Shown here piece after piece: positions 39,598 to 49,637 of a DNA stretch of 64,000 nt. Under the pieces are notes generated by a model that did not search any database, was not told where the DNA came from, and saw only the letters and a program-made list of their open reading frames with translations. The stretch's first letter is position 1. The number at the start of each line of letters is the position of its first letter. The translations under genes were made by a program, and so were the position numbers. Location: positions 163,353-227,352 of IMG/VR virus record IMGVR_UViG_3300027770_000027; one strand, 5' to 3'.

Positions 39598-40289
39598 AAC
39601 CTGATAAAATATATATCATACATTATACAAAACTCACAGAACGATATAACAAAATATCAAAATTTTTAGAATTTTGTAAAATACCTTATGAGTTTATAAC
39701 TGATTATGATAAAGAAGATTTAACGGATGAAATTATAAAATATTTTTATTCAACGGATGTAAATGGATTTAATAATAAAATTAAATTTCTTTGGGATAAT
39801 AATATAAACAAATTTAGAGTATTAAGTTTATCCGAAATTTCTTGTGCTATTAAACATATGATAGCAATTAAAAAAATATCAGAAGAATGCAAAAATTATG
39901 GAATGATTATAGAAGATGATGCAATATTTTTTGATAATTTTAATACGAATTTTTTGAAATATATAAAAAATACACCAGATGATTGGGGATCGATTTTCTT
40001 GGGAGAAGGGTGTGGAATACAATTTCAAAAAGAAATTATTTCTCGAAATACAAAAATAAACGATAATATATTCTTGATTAAACCACCAGCATCAAATTGT
40101 GCGGAGGCTTATTTATTAAAGAGTGAATTAGCCGCAAAAATTTACAAAAATATTCCTTTTCATATAGCTTTTGATTGGGAAATAGCATATCAATTATATT
40201 TTTTAAATGTACCAACATATTGGTGGTATCCTTCATTAGTAAGACAAGGCTCTAAAGATGGCTCATATAAATCCTCATTAAACAATTAG
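39594..40289 (+). CDS. GT25 family glycosyltransferase
   Basis: IYIIH...L.ER, EISC..KH, IIEDD, AYL.....A, DW, P.LV.QG. Confidence 0.8.
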   Translation: MKPDKIYIIHYTKLTERYNKISKFLEFCKIPYEFITDYDKEDLTDEIIKYFYSTDVNGFNNKIKFLWDNNINKFRVLSLSEISCAIKHMIAIKKISEECKNYGMIIEDDAIFFDNFNTNFLKYIKNTPDDWGSIFLGEGCGIQFQKEIISRNTKINDNIFLIKPPASNCAEAYLLKSELAAKIYKNIPFHIAFDWEIAYQLYFLNVPTYWWYPSLVRQGSKDGSYKSSLNN

Positions 40290-40294
40290 AAAAT

Positions 40295-40894
40295 ATGAAT
40301 TTAAATCTTAATATAATAAACAAATATTTTACTCCTAATAATATATTAGACATAGGTGCAAATATTGGTGATTTTAATCTGTATAGCCAACACTTTTTTC
40401 CAAACGCATACATATATTCAATTGAAGGCAACAAAACATGCGAAAATTGTCTAAAAGATCGCAACTTAAATTATAAAATTTGTTTATTGGGTTCTAAAAA
40501 AGATACGGCAATTTTTTATAAAAATAAACTTGAACCCACATCTACGGGAAATTCCTTATATAGAGAATTAACTCCTCATTTTTGTGATGAAAACGTCATA
40601 GAAGAATTATCACAAATAGAAACATTAGATGACATTTTGGCATATTCTGATATTGTATTTGATTTTATAAAAATTGACACTCAAGGATCAGAAATAGATA
40701 TATTGAAAGGTGGGTTAAAAACATTAAATAAAGCAAAAGCGGTATTATTAGAAGTATCATACAAACCATATAATTTAAACTCTCCATTAGAAGACGAAGT
40801 TATTTCGTTCATGAAAATATATGGATATGAAACTATCGAAGAATTAGCACACAATCCGAATGTCGGACAACGTGATTTACTATTTATAAAATGA
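40295..40894 (+). CDS. FkbM family methyltransferase
   Basis: LDIGANIG, TLDD, IKIDTQGSE..IL.G, LEV. Confidence 0.88.
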   Translation: MNLNLNIINKYFTPNNILDIGANIGDFNLYSQHFFPNAYIYSIEGNKTCENCLKDRNLNYKICLLGSKKDTAIFYKNKLEPTSTGNSLYRELTPHFCDENVIEELSQIETLDDILAYSDIVFDFIKIDTQGSEIDILKGGLKTLNKAKAVLLEVSYKPYNLNSPLEDEVISFMKIYGYETIEELAHNPNVGQRDLLFIK

Positions 40895-41853
40895 AAATTG
40901 GATTTTACATGCCCCATATTGATATACAAGGAACTGGAGTTTCTGTATTTGAATATTGCCTTTTTAATAAAAGCTTATTAGGAAACGAGTCTGTAATGAT
41001 TCATGACAAAAACCATAGTAGCAATAATGAAAAAGCTATAACAAAATTCAAAGATGCCGGTATAGAAATCATCAGTTTAGATGGATCAGAAAATCAGAAA
41101 GAAATAGAAAAAACACTGGAAGATAAAAATATTGATGGATTATATATTCAAAAATTAGGAAGAATAGCAGATGGGGGGTTTGCTAGCAATAAACCAACTC
41201 TTATACATTCTAACGGACTATATAATGAACCTCACGGAACTGTATATTCTTATATTAGTGAATGGTCTAGTTTGAAATGCTCTAATGGAAAACATCCATA
41301 TATTCCTTATATAGTAAGATTGCCCGATTTTGAAGAAGATTATCGCAAACATTTAAATATACCAAAAGATGCAATTGTATATGGAAGAATTGGTGGTTAT
41401 TATTCTTGGAATATTGAATGGGTTAATAATGTGATTATAGATTACTTAAATACAAACAAAAATGTTTATTTTTTATTTGTTCAAACACCTAATTTTATTA
41501 ATCATGACCGTGTTTTGTTTTTGAATTCCACATCAAATCTAGAAGAAAAAAGAAAATTTATTAATACTTGCGATGTGATGATTCATGCACGATTAGAAGG
41601 AGAAACATTTGGTCTTGCTTGTGCAGAATTTTCGTTTTGTAATAAGCCTGTTATTACTTTTGAACAATCTGATCAACAAAATCATATTCATATTCTAAAA
41701 GACAAAGGAATATATTATAATTCTCCGCAATCTCTCTCTGATATATTTAAATCATTTACAAAACAACCAGAAAAAGACTGGAATGCGTATAAAGATTTTA
41801 ATCCAAAAACAGTAATGGAAAAATTTAAAACAATTTTTTTGAATATTATATAA
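40891..41853 (+). CDS. GT-B (GT4-like) glycosyltransferase
   Basis: R..L.IP....V.GR.G, CD.M.HAR..GETFGLA.AE.....KPVIT. Confidence 0.8.
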   Translation: MKIGFYMPHIDIQGTGVSVFEYCLFNKSLLGNESVMIHDKNHSSNNEKAITKFKDAGIEIISLDGSENQKEIEKTLEDKNIDGLYIQKLGRIADGGFASNKPTLIHSNGLYNEPHGTVYSYISEWSSLKCSNGKHPYIPYIVRLPDFEEDYRKHLNIPKDAIVYGRIGGYYSWNIEWVNNVIIDYLNTNKNVYFLFVQTPNFINHDRVLFLNSTSNLEEKRKFINTCDVMIHARLEGETFGLACAEFSFCNKPVITFEQSDQQNHIHILKDKGIYYNSPQSLSDIFKSFTKQPEKDWNAYKDFNPKTVMEKFKTIFLNII

Positions 41854-41854
41854 T

Positions 41855-42430
41855 ATGAAAATACAAATAAAAAAAGACGATGTCATACAATTCAATATAG
41901 AACATTTAAAAAAACTATCAATTTCACCAGAACATTGGCATCCCGCTGGAATCAGTGAATACCGACTATATTCATATCTTTCTACATTATTTGATAATAC
42001 TATTATATTAGATATAGGAACTAGAACTGGTAATTCTGCCCTTGCTTTATCACATAATTCATCTAATAAGATTATTAGTTATGATTTACAAGAACAAGGC
42101 GCGAGTAACATAAAAAAGGATAATATTACTTGGAAAATTAAAAATTTCATGGAAGACAGTGAAATAAATTGGGATAATGTTTCTATAGTTATGATAGACG
42201 TAGACCCACATGATGGAATACAAGAAAGAGAAATGATGAAATGGTTGGAAGAAAAAAAATGGAAAGGTATTCTTATACATGATGATATAATGGAATTTGG
42301 ACGATGGGCTGAAAATTGTAATATGTGGGATGAAATAAAATACGAAAAACTTATTTTAACCGATATCGGCCATTCGACAGGAACTGGGTTGGTGAATTTC
42401 GGAGAATCCCACGAAATTATTATAATTTAA
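41855..42430 (+). CDS. class I SAM-dependent methyltransferase (Methyltransf_24-like)
   Basis: LDIGT..G.SA, ISYD, IDVDPH, G.L..DDI, GH.TGTG. Confidence 0.75.
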   Translation: MKIQIKKDDVIQFNIEHLKKLSISPEHWHPAGISEYRLYSYLSTLFDNTIILDIGTRTGNSALALSHNSSNKIISYDLQEQGASNIKKDNITWKIKNFMEDSEINWDNVSIVMIDVDPHDGIQEREMMKWLEEKKWKGILIHDDIMEFGRWAENCNMWDEIKYEKLILTDIGHSTGTGLVNFGESHEIIII

Positions 42431-42431
42431 T

Positions 42432-43073
42432 ATGAAGAATGATTTTAAATACACATCAAACAATAATAGATCACAGGTTTTAGAATTTTTAAAAGAAAAT
42501 AATTTTTCTAGAGTGTTAGATGTTGGATACTCTGCTAATAACTGGTCTTCTGAATATACAACTCATTATATGGATATTAATGAATCAGATCTGTCTAAAA
42601 AATGGTTTGAGGGAGATATTAATGTACCATATATTTGGGAGAACGTACAAAAAGAAGTTGACAAAAATGGTAAATTTGATTTTTGTATATGTACTCATAC
42701 ATTAGAGGATATTATTAATCCTCATTATGTTTGTTGTATGATGGAAAAATATTCAAAGGCAGGGTTTATTGCAACTCCCTCAAAGTATGTTGAAATGTCT
42801 CGCCACGTAGATATGGGATATCCTTATAGAGGGTATATTCATCATCGTTATATTTTTAATAAAGAAAATAATGAGTATGTGGCATATCCAAAATTAAGTT
42901 TTGTGGAACAAGATAATCGATTTGACCGTTTAAGTTCCGATTTACAAGAAAATAACGCAGAAATACAATTTTTTTGGGAGGATAAAATTAATTTAATTAT
43001 AAAAAACAACAATTATATGGGACCCACTGTGGATCATGTCTTGAGGTATTACAACGACCTCTTACAGAACTAA
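42432..43073 (+). CDS. class I SAM-dependent methyltransferase-like protein
   Basis: VLDVG, GDIN, FDF.IC.HTLEDI.NP, G.I..PS. Confidence 0.75.
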   Translation: MKNDFKYTSNNNRSQVLEFLKENNFSRVLDVGYSANNWSSEYTTHYMDINESDLSKKWFEGDINVPYIWENVQKEVDKNGKFDFCICTHTLEDIINPHYVCCMMEKYSKAGFIATPSKYVEMSRHVDMGYPYRGYIHHRYIFNKENNEYVAYPKLSFVEQDNRFDRLSSDLQENNAEIQFFWEDKINLIIKNNNYMGPTVDHVLRYYNDLLQN

Positions 43074-43081
43074 TTTAGATC

Positions 43082-43109
43082 TTGAATTTTTCTAGTTGTT
43101 CTGTATAAT
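43082..43109 (+). promoter_or_regulatory. sigma70-like promoter TTGAAT-N16-TATAAT upstream of gp46
   Basis: Sits at the right edge of the glycan island. Confidence 0.55.
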
Positions 43110-43125
43110 ACAGAAGCCTAGATAT

Positions 43126-44952
43126 ATGAAGTCTGTTGTATTTAAAAGTATCAAAATTCAAAATTTTCTTTCTGTGGGAGAAACTCCTATTGAATTACAA
43201 TTTAACACCGGAATATCTCTCATTACTGGAGAAAACCGAGACAAGGGTGGTCGAAATGGTGTTGGAAAGAGTTCTGTTGTAGAGTCTTTATATTGGTGTC
43301 TTTTTGGATCCACCATGAGAGACATTAAAAGAGAAAAAATCATCCACCAACAAGCAGACAGTTCTTGTGTTGTTAAATTGTTTTTTGATATTGTCTCTCT
43401 TTCAAAGAGAGATTGTTATGAATTGACAAGATCTATTGATCCTAATAAAGTTTCTTTGATTTGTAATGATGTAGACATTACAAGATCTTCAATGCCTAAG
43501 ACAGATGAATTAATTAAAGAGCTTGTCGGGGCTACAGAGGAGGTTTTTCAGAATGCGGTTATCATGTCTGCCAACAATACGTTGCCCTTCATGGCCCAGA
43601 AAAAGGTAGACAAGAGAAAATTTGTAGAAGGAATTCTACATCTAGGGGTTTTTGGAGAAATGCTATTGCAAATACGCCAGGACTACAATGACAATAAAAA
43701 GAAAAGTGAAATTGTAAGCACCAAATTTTTAGACAATCAGAAAAATTTAAATATCTATAAAAAACAATCAGAAAAATTTAAACAAAATCAAGAAACTAAA
43801 ATATCTTCTCTAACATCACGAATCGAAGAAATTAGTGATGTAATTTTAGATTTACAAAAACAAAACAGCAATTCTGCTTCAATACAAGAGTCTAAAGATG
43901 ATTTACAGTTGCAGATTACAAAAAAAGAAGACAAGATAGAAAAACTTTCTAAATTGTCTAATGAATGTATTGCCTCTGGTTTAGAGTTAGCCACTAAAAT
44001 TCAAAATTTAGTATCAGCTATCAAGTTTAATACACAAGAAAGAAACAAACTCCAACAAACAACTAAGACTTGTCCGGTGTGTAATCAGGACATTGCTAGT
44101 GTGGATGAACACCATATTCATAATTTGATAACAGAACTACAATCTAATATTCAAATTGATGAAAAATTGTTAGCATTTGCTCGTTCAGAAAAGAAAACCC
44201 AGGAAGAAAGTTGCAAGCGTATCGATGAAGCTCATAATATGTTACTTGGAGAGATACGATTGCATGAAAAAGAATTAAATTCTTTGGGATTAATAGCACA
44301 ACAGATAACCCAGCAAGAGATTAGGGCTAAAGAACTTAAAAATCAAATTGAAGAAATTGAAAAAGAAGATGATCAATTTGTATCTCTAATACAAACAACA
44401 GAGGAGTCTATTAAATCTTTGGAAATTGATGTAGAAGATATTCAAAAACAACTTTCAATTTTAGAAACCGCCAAATACATAGTATCTGAAGAAGGTGTTA
44501 AGACTTATATAGTCAAGAAGATGCTAAGTGTACTTAATAACCGTCTTAATTTTTATCTACAAGCCTTAGAAGCTCCTTGTCAATGTGAGTTTAATGAAAT
44601 GTTCGAGGAAACCATTCACAACGACCACGGAAAGGAATGTTCTTACTTCAATTTTAGCGGTGGAGAGAGAAAGCGTATCGACTTAGCCATTCTTTTTATG
44701 TTTCAAGATCTATTGCGCATGCAAACCGGCACTTCCTTTTCGATTAGCATGTATGATGAGCTGTTTGACTCTGCTTTGGATGAAAAGGGCGTCGAGAAAA
44801 TCTTAGACATCCTCAAGGAAAGGGTTGAAAAGTATAAAGAAAACATTTATATTATATCTCACAACAAGGCAGCTATCAAATCCGGAATTGATCGTGTAAT
44901 TCTTTTAGAAAAACATAACGGCAAAACCAGATACGCAGAACAACTTAATTAA
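43126..44952 (+). CDS. gp46: recombination ATPase gp46 (Rad50/SbcC)
   Basis: NFLSVG, NGVGKS, coiled coil with CPVC zinc hook, FSGGE, DE.FDSALD, ISH. Confidence 0.94.
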   Translation: MKSVVFKSIKIQNFLSVGETPIELQFNTGISLITGENRDKGGRNGVGKSSVVESLYWCLFGSTMRDIKREKIIHQQADSSCVVKLFFDIVSLSKRDCYELTRSIDPNKVSLICNDVDITRSSMPKTDELIKELVGATEEVFQNAVIMSANNTLPFMAQKKVDKRKFVEGILHLGVFGEMLLQIRQDYNDNKKKSEIVSTKFLDNQKNLNIYKKQSEKFKQNQETKISSLTSRIEEISDVILDLQKQNSNSASIQESKDDLQLQITKKEDKIEKLSKLSNECIASGLELATKIQNLVSAIKFNTQERNKLQQTTKTCPVCNQDIASVDEHHIHNLITELQSNIQIDEKLLAFARSEKKTQEESCKRIDEAHNMLLGEIRLHEKELNSLGLIAQQITQQEIRAKELKNQIEEIEKEDDQFVSLIQTTEESIKSLEIDVEDIQKQLSILETAKYIVSEEGVKTYIVKKMLSVLNNRLNFYLQALEAPCQCEFNEMFEETIHNDHGKECSYFNFSGGERKRIDLAILFMFQDLLRMQTGTSFSISMYDELFDSALDEKGVEKILDILKERVEKYKENIYIISHNKAAIKSGIDRVILLEKHNGKTRYAEQLN

Positions 44953-44958
44953 ACATAT

Positions 44959-45711
44959 ATGTCAGAAGAAAATTATCTATTAATCAGTGATGACGGTCCT
45001 GGATTTCATACTATTGAAGGAGAAGGAGAACTTATTGGAAGACCAAGTGTCTTTATGCGTCTCTTTGGATGCAATTTGACATGTAAAGGTTGGGCTACTC
45101 CAGATTCTCCTTGGGGATGTGATTCCTTTATCTCTTGGTCTAAGAAAAATAAATATACATTTGAACAAATGTTCAATTTTTATGAAGAAAATGGACTAGC
45201 AGAAAAGTTAATGCGCGGAGATATTTGGAAAATTACAGGAGGAGAACCAATGCTACGCCAAGAACCTCTTTTAAATTTTGTAAGAGCATTTGTTGAGCGT
45301 TTTAATTTTTTACCCACTATAGATTTTGAGACCAACGGAACCATCAAGCCAAATGATTTATGGGTAAATGAATTCCAAGCAACCTTTACAGTGTCTCCTA
45401 AAATGTCCAACAATGGAGATCCTGTAGAAAAGAGATTTAAACCAGAAGTATTAGATTGGCACTGTGTTAATGATTCTTGTTTTAAGTTTGTTATAGGGTC
45501 AGAACAAGATTTGGAAGAATTGAAGGATGTTTATCTGTCTAGTACAGAATTTGCTATTCATTCTAGTCGAGTTTGGCTGATGGTGTGTGCAGGATCTCGT
45601 CAAGAACATATTGAACGGGCGGGTTCTGTTGCAGAATATGCTAAAAAATTAGGATTAAATTTTTCACCGCGCTTGCAACTTGTAATTTGGGATAAAGCTC
45701 TTAAAGTTTAA
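44959..45711 (+). CDS. queE: 7-carboxy-7-deazaguanine synthase (radical SAM)
   Basis: F.TIEGEG...G.PSVF.RL.GCNL.C(x11)CDS, ITGGEP.L, ETNGT, VSPK, KFV, PRLQ...W. Confidence 0.92.
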   Translation: MSEENYLLISDDGPGFHTIEGEGELIGRPSVFMRLFGCNLTCKGWATPDSPWGCDSFISWSKKNKYTFEQMFNFYEENGLAEKLMRGDIWKITGGEPMLRQEPLLNFVRAFVERFNFLPTIDFETNGTIKPNDLWVNEFQATFTVSPKMSNNGDPVEKRFKPEVLDWHCVNDSCFKFVIGSEQDLEELKDVYLSSTEFAIHSSRVWLMVCAGSRQEHIERAGSVAEYAKKLGLNFSPRLQLVIWDKALKV

Positions 45712-45746
45712 GTGCCTTTTCTGTTTATTTTCCTACTTATAATCAA

Positions 45747-47048
45747 ATGGCCTTAAAGATTAAAACCCAAAACAATGATGATCATGTAGTATACTCTTAC
45801 AACACAGTTCCTACACGTCTTCCAAATCTTCCAGCTGGCATTTATCAAAACTTTTTGCCTGTACATTTTTACATTGCAGTACAACCAATTAGAATACCGA
45901 AGCCAAAAGCAGTTGAAATGCCTGAAGTAGGACTACCAAGGGCTATTAATTACTATGCTGATTACGGTGGTTGTGGATTCTGGCGAATGATTTGGCCAGA
46001 AGTGTCGTTAAATGCTTATGCTCGAGCCACCATCAGTGGGTTAACGAGTATGGTCTTAGATATGCGCTTTTACCAAGGCATAAAGGCTATCAGATTTCAA
46101 AGACAAGCTACTCCAATGCAAAATGTTTTCATCAAGGAATTGAGAAAACATCAAAAAGAAATGGGATTCCGTTTAATTTATGAGGTTGATGATATTGTTT
46201 TTAGAAATGACATCCCCGATTACAATAGATGCAAAGAAGCATTTGCCACGAAAGAGACAGAAGACACAATTTTAGATATTATGGGTTCAATGGATGAAAT
46301 TACGGTTACTTGTAATTTCATGAAAGAATATTATATAAACAAAACCGGAAATAAAAAGGTCACAGTTATTCCTAACTATGCTCCAAAGTCCTGGCTTTCA
46401 CGCTTATATGATCCAGAAAGAATTGCAAAGTCTTATGAACAATACAAAAGACGTCCTCGAGTTATGTATGCCGGCTCTGGAACTCATGTAGATGTTATCA
46501 ATAGGACCGGGATGAAGGACGATTTTGAGCATGTCATTGAGGAAATTATTAAGGCTCGTAAGAAATTTAAGTTTGTATGGAAGGGTACCTTTCCAATTGC
46601 ATTAAAACCGTTTATTGATAATGGAGATATGGAGTTTGTGCAATGGTCTCCACTGTTTGATCATCCTAAGAGCATGTTTGACACCAATTGTAATGTATGT
46701 TTTGCTTCTTTGCAGGATAATATTTTCAATAGATCCAAGAGTAATATTAAAATCATTGAAGCTGGTGGCTTGGGGATGCCTGGAGCCTTCCAAGATATGT
46801 GTACCTATGAGGATGCGGAGGTAAAATTTAAGTCCGGTGCAGATTTAATCAACCAATTGGAGTATATTACAAGTGATGTTGATAGATATATGCAATTATC
46901 TGCTAATATTAACAAGTTTACTAACGGATTGTGGCTAGAAGATCATCTAGATCAGTATGAAGCCGTGTATTTCACGGAGTTTGGATCAAAAGAACGAAAT
47001 TTAAAAAGTCCAAGCTTGATTTCCTTGAATAAAGATCAGAAAATATAG
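45747..47048 (+). CDS. GT-B glycosyltransferase upstream of DNA polymerase
   Basis: GCG.WR..WP, QRQ, YEVDD, VIPN, GS..H, L.DN.FN.SKSNIK..E.G..G.P. Confidence 0.75.
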   Translation: MALKIKTQNNDDHVVYSYNTVPTRLPNLPAGIYQNFLPVHFYIAVQPIRIPKPKAVEMPEVGLPRAINYYADYGGCGFWRMIWPEVSLNAYARATISGLTSMVLDMRFYQGIKAIRFQRQATPMQNVFIKELRKHQKEMGFRLIYEVDDIVFRNDIPDYNRCKEAFATKETEDTILDIMGSMDEITVTCNFMKEYYINKTGNKKVTVIPNYAPKSWLSRLYDPERIAKSYEQYKRRPRVMYAGSGTHVDVINRTGMKDDFEHVIEEIIKARKKFKFVWKGTFPIALKPFIDNGDMEFVQWSPLFDHPKSMFDTNCNVCFASLQDNIFNRSKSNIKIIEAGGLGMPGAFQDMCTYEDAEVKFKSGADLINQLEYITSDVDRYMQLSANINKFTNGLWLEDHLDQYEAVYFTEFGSKERNLKSPSLISLNKDQKI

Positions 47049-47049
47049 C

Positions 47050-49620
47050 ATGTATCGAAATGTTTTTTATGATTCTGGCAAGCAATGCATTCATCTATGG
47101 ACCTGGAATGAACAAGGCAAGCGAGTTAAAATTGAATCAAGTTACGAACCATATCTTTTTGTGGAGTCTAACAGTGGTGAGGACGCTATCTCTATTTTCA
47201 ACACTCCTCTAAAGCGTGTTAAATTTAAGAATCAATTCGAAAGAAACAAGTTTGTCAATGAAACTCCGATTAAAAGAATATTCCACAACCTAAGTTGTGA
47301 GCAAGATTTTCTTTTAAATACTTTTAAGGACAATTTACACAAGCCAGAAGCCCTTTCAAATCCTTTAAAAATCTTTTTTCTGGATATTGAAACATATTCT
47401 CCTGGTGAATTTCCAGATCCTCATAACCCAAAAGACCCCATCAATCTAATCACCCTCTGTGATTCTTTGTCGGGACATTATTATTCATGGGGATTGAAGC
47501 CTTACAAGAGTAAGGATAAGGATGTCACATACTTTTATTGCAAAAAAGAGTCAGAACTGCTGATGGGATTTTTAAATTTTTGGAGTAAGGACCATCCAGA
47601 CATGTTGGTTACCTGGAATGGTGAAGGCTTTGATGTTCCCTACATCATGAATCGTCTGGGTAATCTTTTAGGAGAAGAGGAAACCAGTAGGATGTCTCCG
47701 GTAAATTCTATTTATTACCGGGAAAATGTCGCCATGAATAAATTTGGCAAGATGATTAACCGGTGGTATATTCGAGGAGTTAGTAATATTGACTACATGG
47801 AAGTCTATAAAACCTTTTCCCGGGGTGACCGAGAATCATACTCTTTAAATTTCATCGGGGAACTGGAATTGAATGAGGGGAAGACAGACGTTGGTGGACA
47901 GAATTTAGCAGAACTGTCAGAGCAAGACTGGGAACTTTTTGTAGACTATAACATTCAGGATGTCAAGTTGTTGGTCAAGTTGGACGAAAAACTTAAATTT
48001 ATCAAATTGATCAGAGCGCTATCCTACAAAGGATTTATTCCGTTTGAACAATCTCTCGGCAAAGTTTCTATGATCACAGGAGCAGTTGCTCACCAGGCAA
48101 TGCTTCAAAATTATAGAATTCCTACTTTTAAAAATGATGGCATCCGTGATGAATATGTTGGTGGGTATGTACACGAACCAGAAAGAGGATTGAGCAATGC
48201 TGTAGTAAGTTATGATGCCAATAGTTTGTATCCTAATACAATTATTACCCTCAACATTTCACCAGAAACAAAAATTGGTCGCATATTAGAAGTTGTTGAA
48301 GGGGAATATACCATTAAATTAACTAATGAACGTTTAGTAACACTTCCTAAAGAAAAGTTTGATAGGCTAGTACATAAAGAAGAACTTTCAATTTCACGGT
48401 ATAATGTACTTTACACTCAAAAATTTAAAGGAGTAGTTCCTAATCTAATTGATCGCATCTATAAAGAGCGTGTAGAAACCAAAGCTAGAGTGTCAGAATT
48501 GGTAGACATCGCACAAGACACAGAAGATCTAGAAAAGAAGGAAATTTTAGAAGCGGAAATTCATAACTTAGACACTATTCAAAATGTATTAAAATTAATC
48601 CTTAATAGTATCTACGGAGTATTTGCTCAAAAATATTCTCCGCTATTTGATATTGACCATTCTGCCAGTATTACCTTAACTGGACAAGCAGTTGCAAAGC
48701 AAGCCTCAGAGATTGCATATCAATATTCACAACTTAAGGGGTTTAAGGGTGATAAGAAAGAAGTATACATTTATGGTGATACAGATTCTTGTTATTTTAG
48801 TATTGCTCCGGTTTTAAAAGAGTTGGGAGCGTCTTTACTTAAAGATGGAAAACTCACAAAGGAAGCTCGACTTGTTCTTAAGGAAATTGATGGTTATTTG
48901 AATACTTCAATCATCACGTGGGCCAGAGAAGAATTTAAATCTACAGATCCACGTTTCGTGTTTAAACAAGAAGCCATTTGTGACGTAGCTTTCTTTCAAG
49001 AAAAAAAGAGATATATTCTCCATGTTATAGAACAAGAGGGGAAGACTCCTAAGAAACCCTTCAAATATGTAGGAGTAGAAGTTGCTCGCTCTACAATTTC
49101 AAAGCCGGTTAAAAGTCTTATCATGCAGGTTATTGAAAGTGCTATGCTGGTACAGGATAAGAAGAAAGCTGATGAAGTATTTCGTCGAGCTTATGAGGAA
49201 TTTTGTAATTTTAAAATTGAAGATGCTTCTATTCGTAGCAAAATTTCAGATTATGAAAAGTATGAAGCAAGGATAGGAGATTTGGGTCAAACGGGTAAAG
49301 GTACCCCTATTGGTCCTAAGGCAGGTATCAGCTACAATAACCTATTAAAGAAGCTAAAACTAGAAGGCAAATATGAACCCATTGGAAGTGGGCGTAAAAT
49401 CAAATATTTTTATGCAGCACGCAACAATTACAATTACAAAGTCATGGGATTCAATGATACATATCCTCCAGAATTGAAAGAAATTGTGGGATTAAATTAT
49501 CAATTGATGTTTGAAAAAATATTAGCACCTCCTATTCAACGGTTTTATGATGGAGTTGGTTGGAGGCTTCCCACTCCAGGAAGAGAAGTTCAAACAGATT
49601 TGTTTGATTTGTTTGAATAA
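47050..49620 (+). CDS. gp43: family B DNA polymerase gp43
   Basis: Exonuclease DIET, WN...FDVPY, YNIQD; polymerase D.NSLYP, K..LNS.YG, YGDTDS, KKRY; C-terminal DLFDLF. Confidence 0.97.
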   Translation: MYRNVFYDSGKQCIHLWTWNEQGKRVKIESSYEPYLFVESNSGEDAISIFNTPLKRVKFKNQFERNKFVNETPIKRIFHNLSCEQDFLLNTFKDNLHKPEALSNPLKIFFLDIETYSPGEFPDPHNPKDPINLITLCDSLSGHYYSWGLKPYKSKDKDVTYFYCKKESELLMGFLNFWSKDHPDMLVTWNGEGFDVPYIMNRLGNLLGEEETSRMSPVNSIYYRENVAMNKFGKMINRWYIRGVSNIDYMEVYKTFSRGDRESYSLNFIGELELNEGKTDVGGQNLAELSEQDWELFVDYNIQDVKLLVKLDEKLKFIKLIRALSYKGFIPFEQSLGKVSMITGAVAHQAMLQNYRIPTFKNDGIRDEYVGGYVHEPERGLSNAVVSYDANSLYPNTIITLNISPETKIGRILEVVEGEYTIKLTNERLVTLPKEKFDRLVHKEELSISRYNVLYTQKFKGVVPNLIDRIYKERVETKARVSELVDIAQDTEDLEKKEILEAEIHNLDTIQNVLKLILNSIYGVFAQKYSPLFDIDHSASITLTGQAVAKQASEIAYQYSQLKGFKGDKKEVYIYGDTDSCYFSIAPVLKELGASLLKDGKLTKEARLVLKEIDGYLNTSIITWAREEFKSTDPRFVFKQEAICDVAFFQEKKRYILHVIEQEGKTPKKPFKYVGVEVARSTISKPVKSLIMQVIESAMLVQDKKKADEVFRRAYEEFCNFKIEDASIRSKISDYEKYEARIGDLGQTGKGTPIGPKAGISYNNLLKKLKLEGKYEPIGSGRKIKYFYAARNNYNYKVMGFNDTYPPELKEIVGLNYQLMFEKILAPPIQRFYDGVGWRLPTPGREVQTDLFDLFE

Positions 49621-49637
49621 CCTCTTATTATAGTTAT

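Noticed and set aside
47050-49620. Intein or intron in the polymerase (also checked helicases, UvsX and portal)
   Set aside because: Lengths are normal and motifs contiguous; no splicing or LAGLIDADG motifs seen
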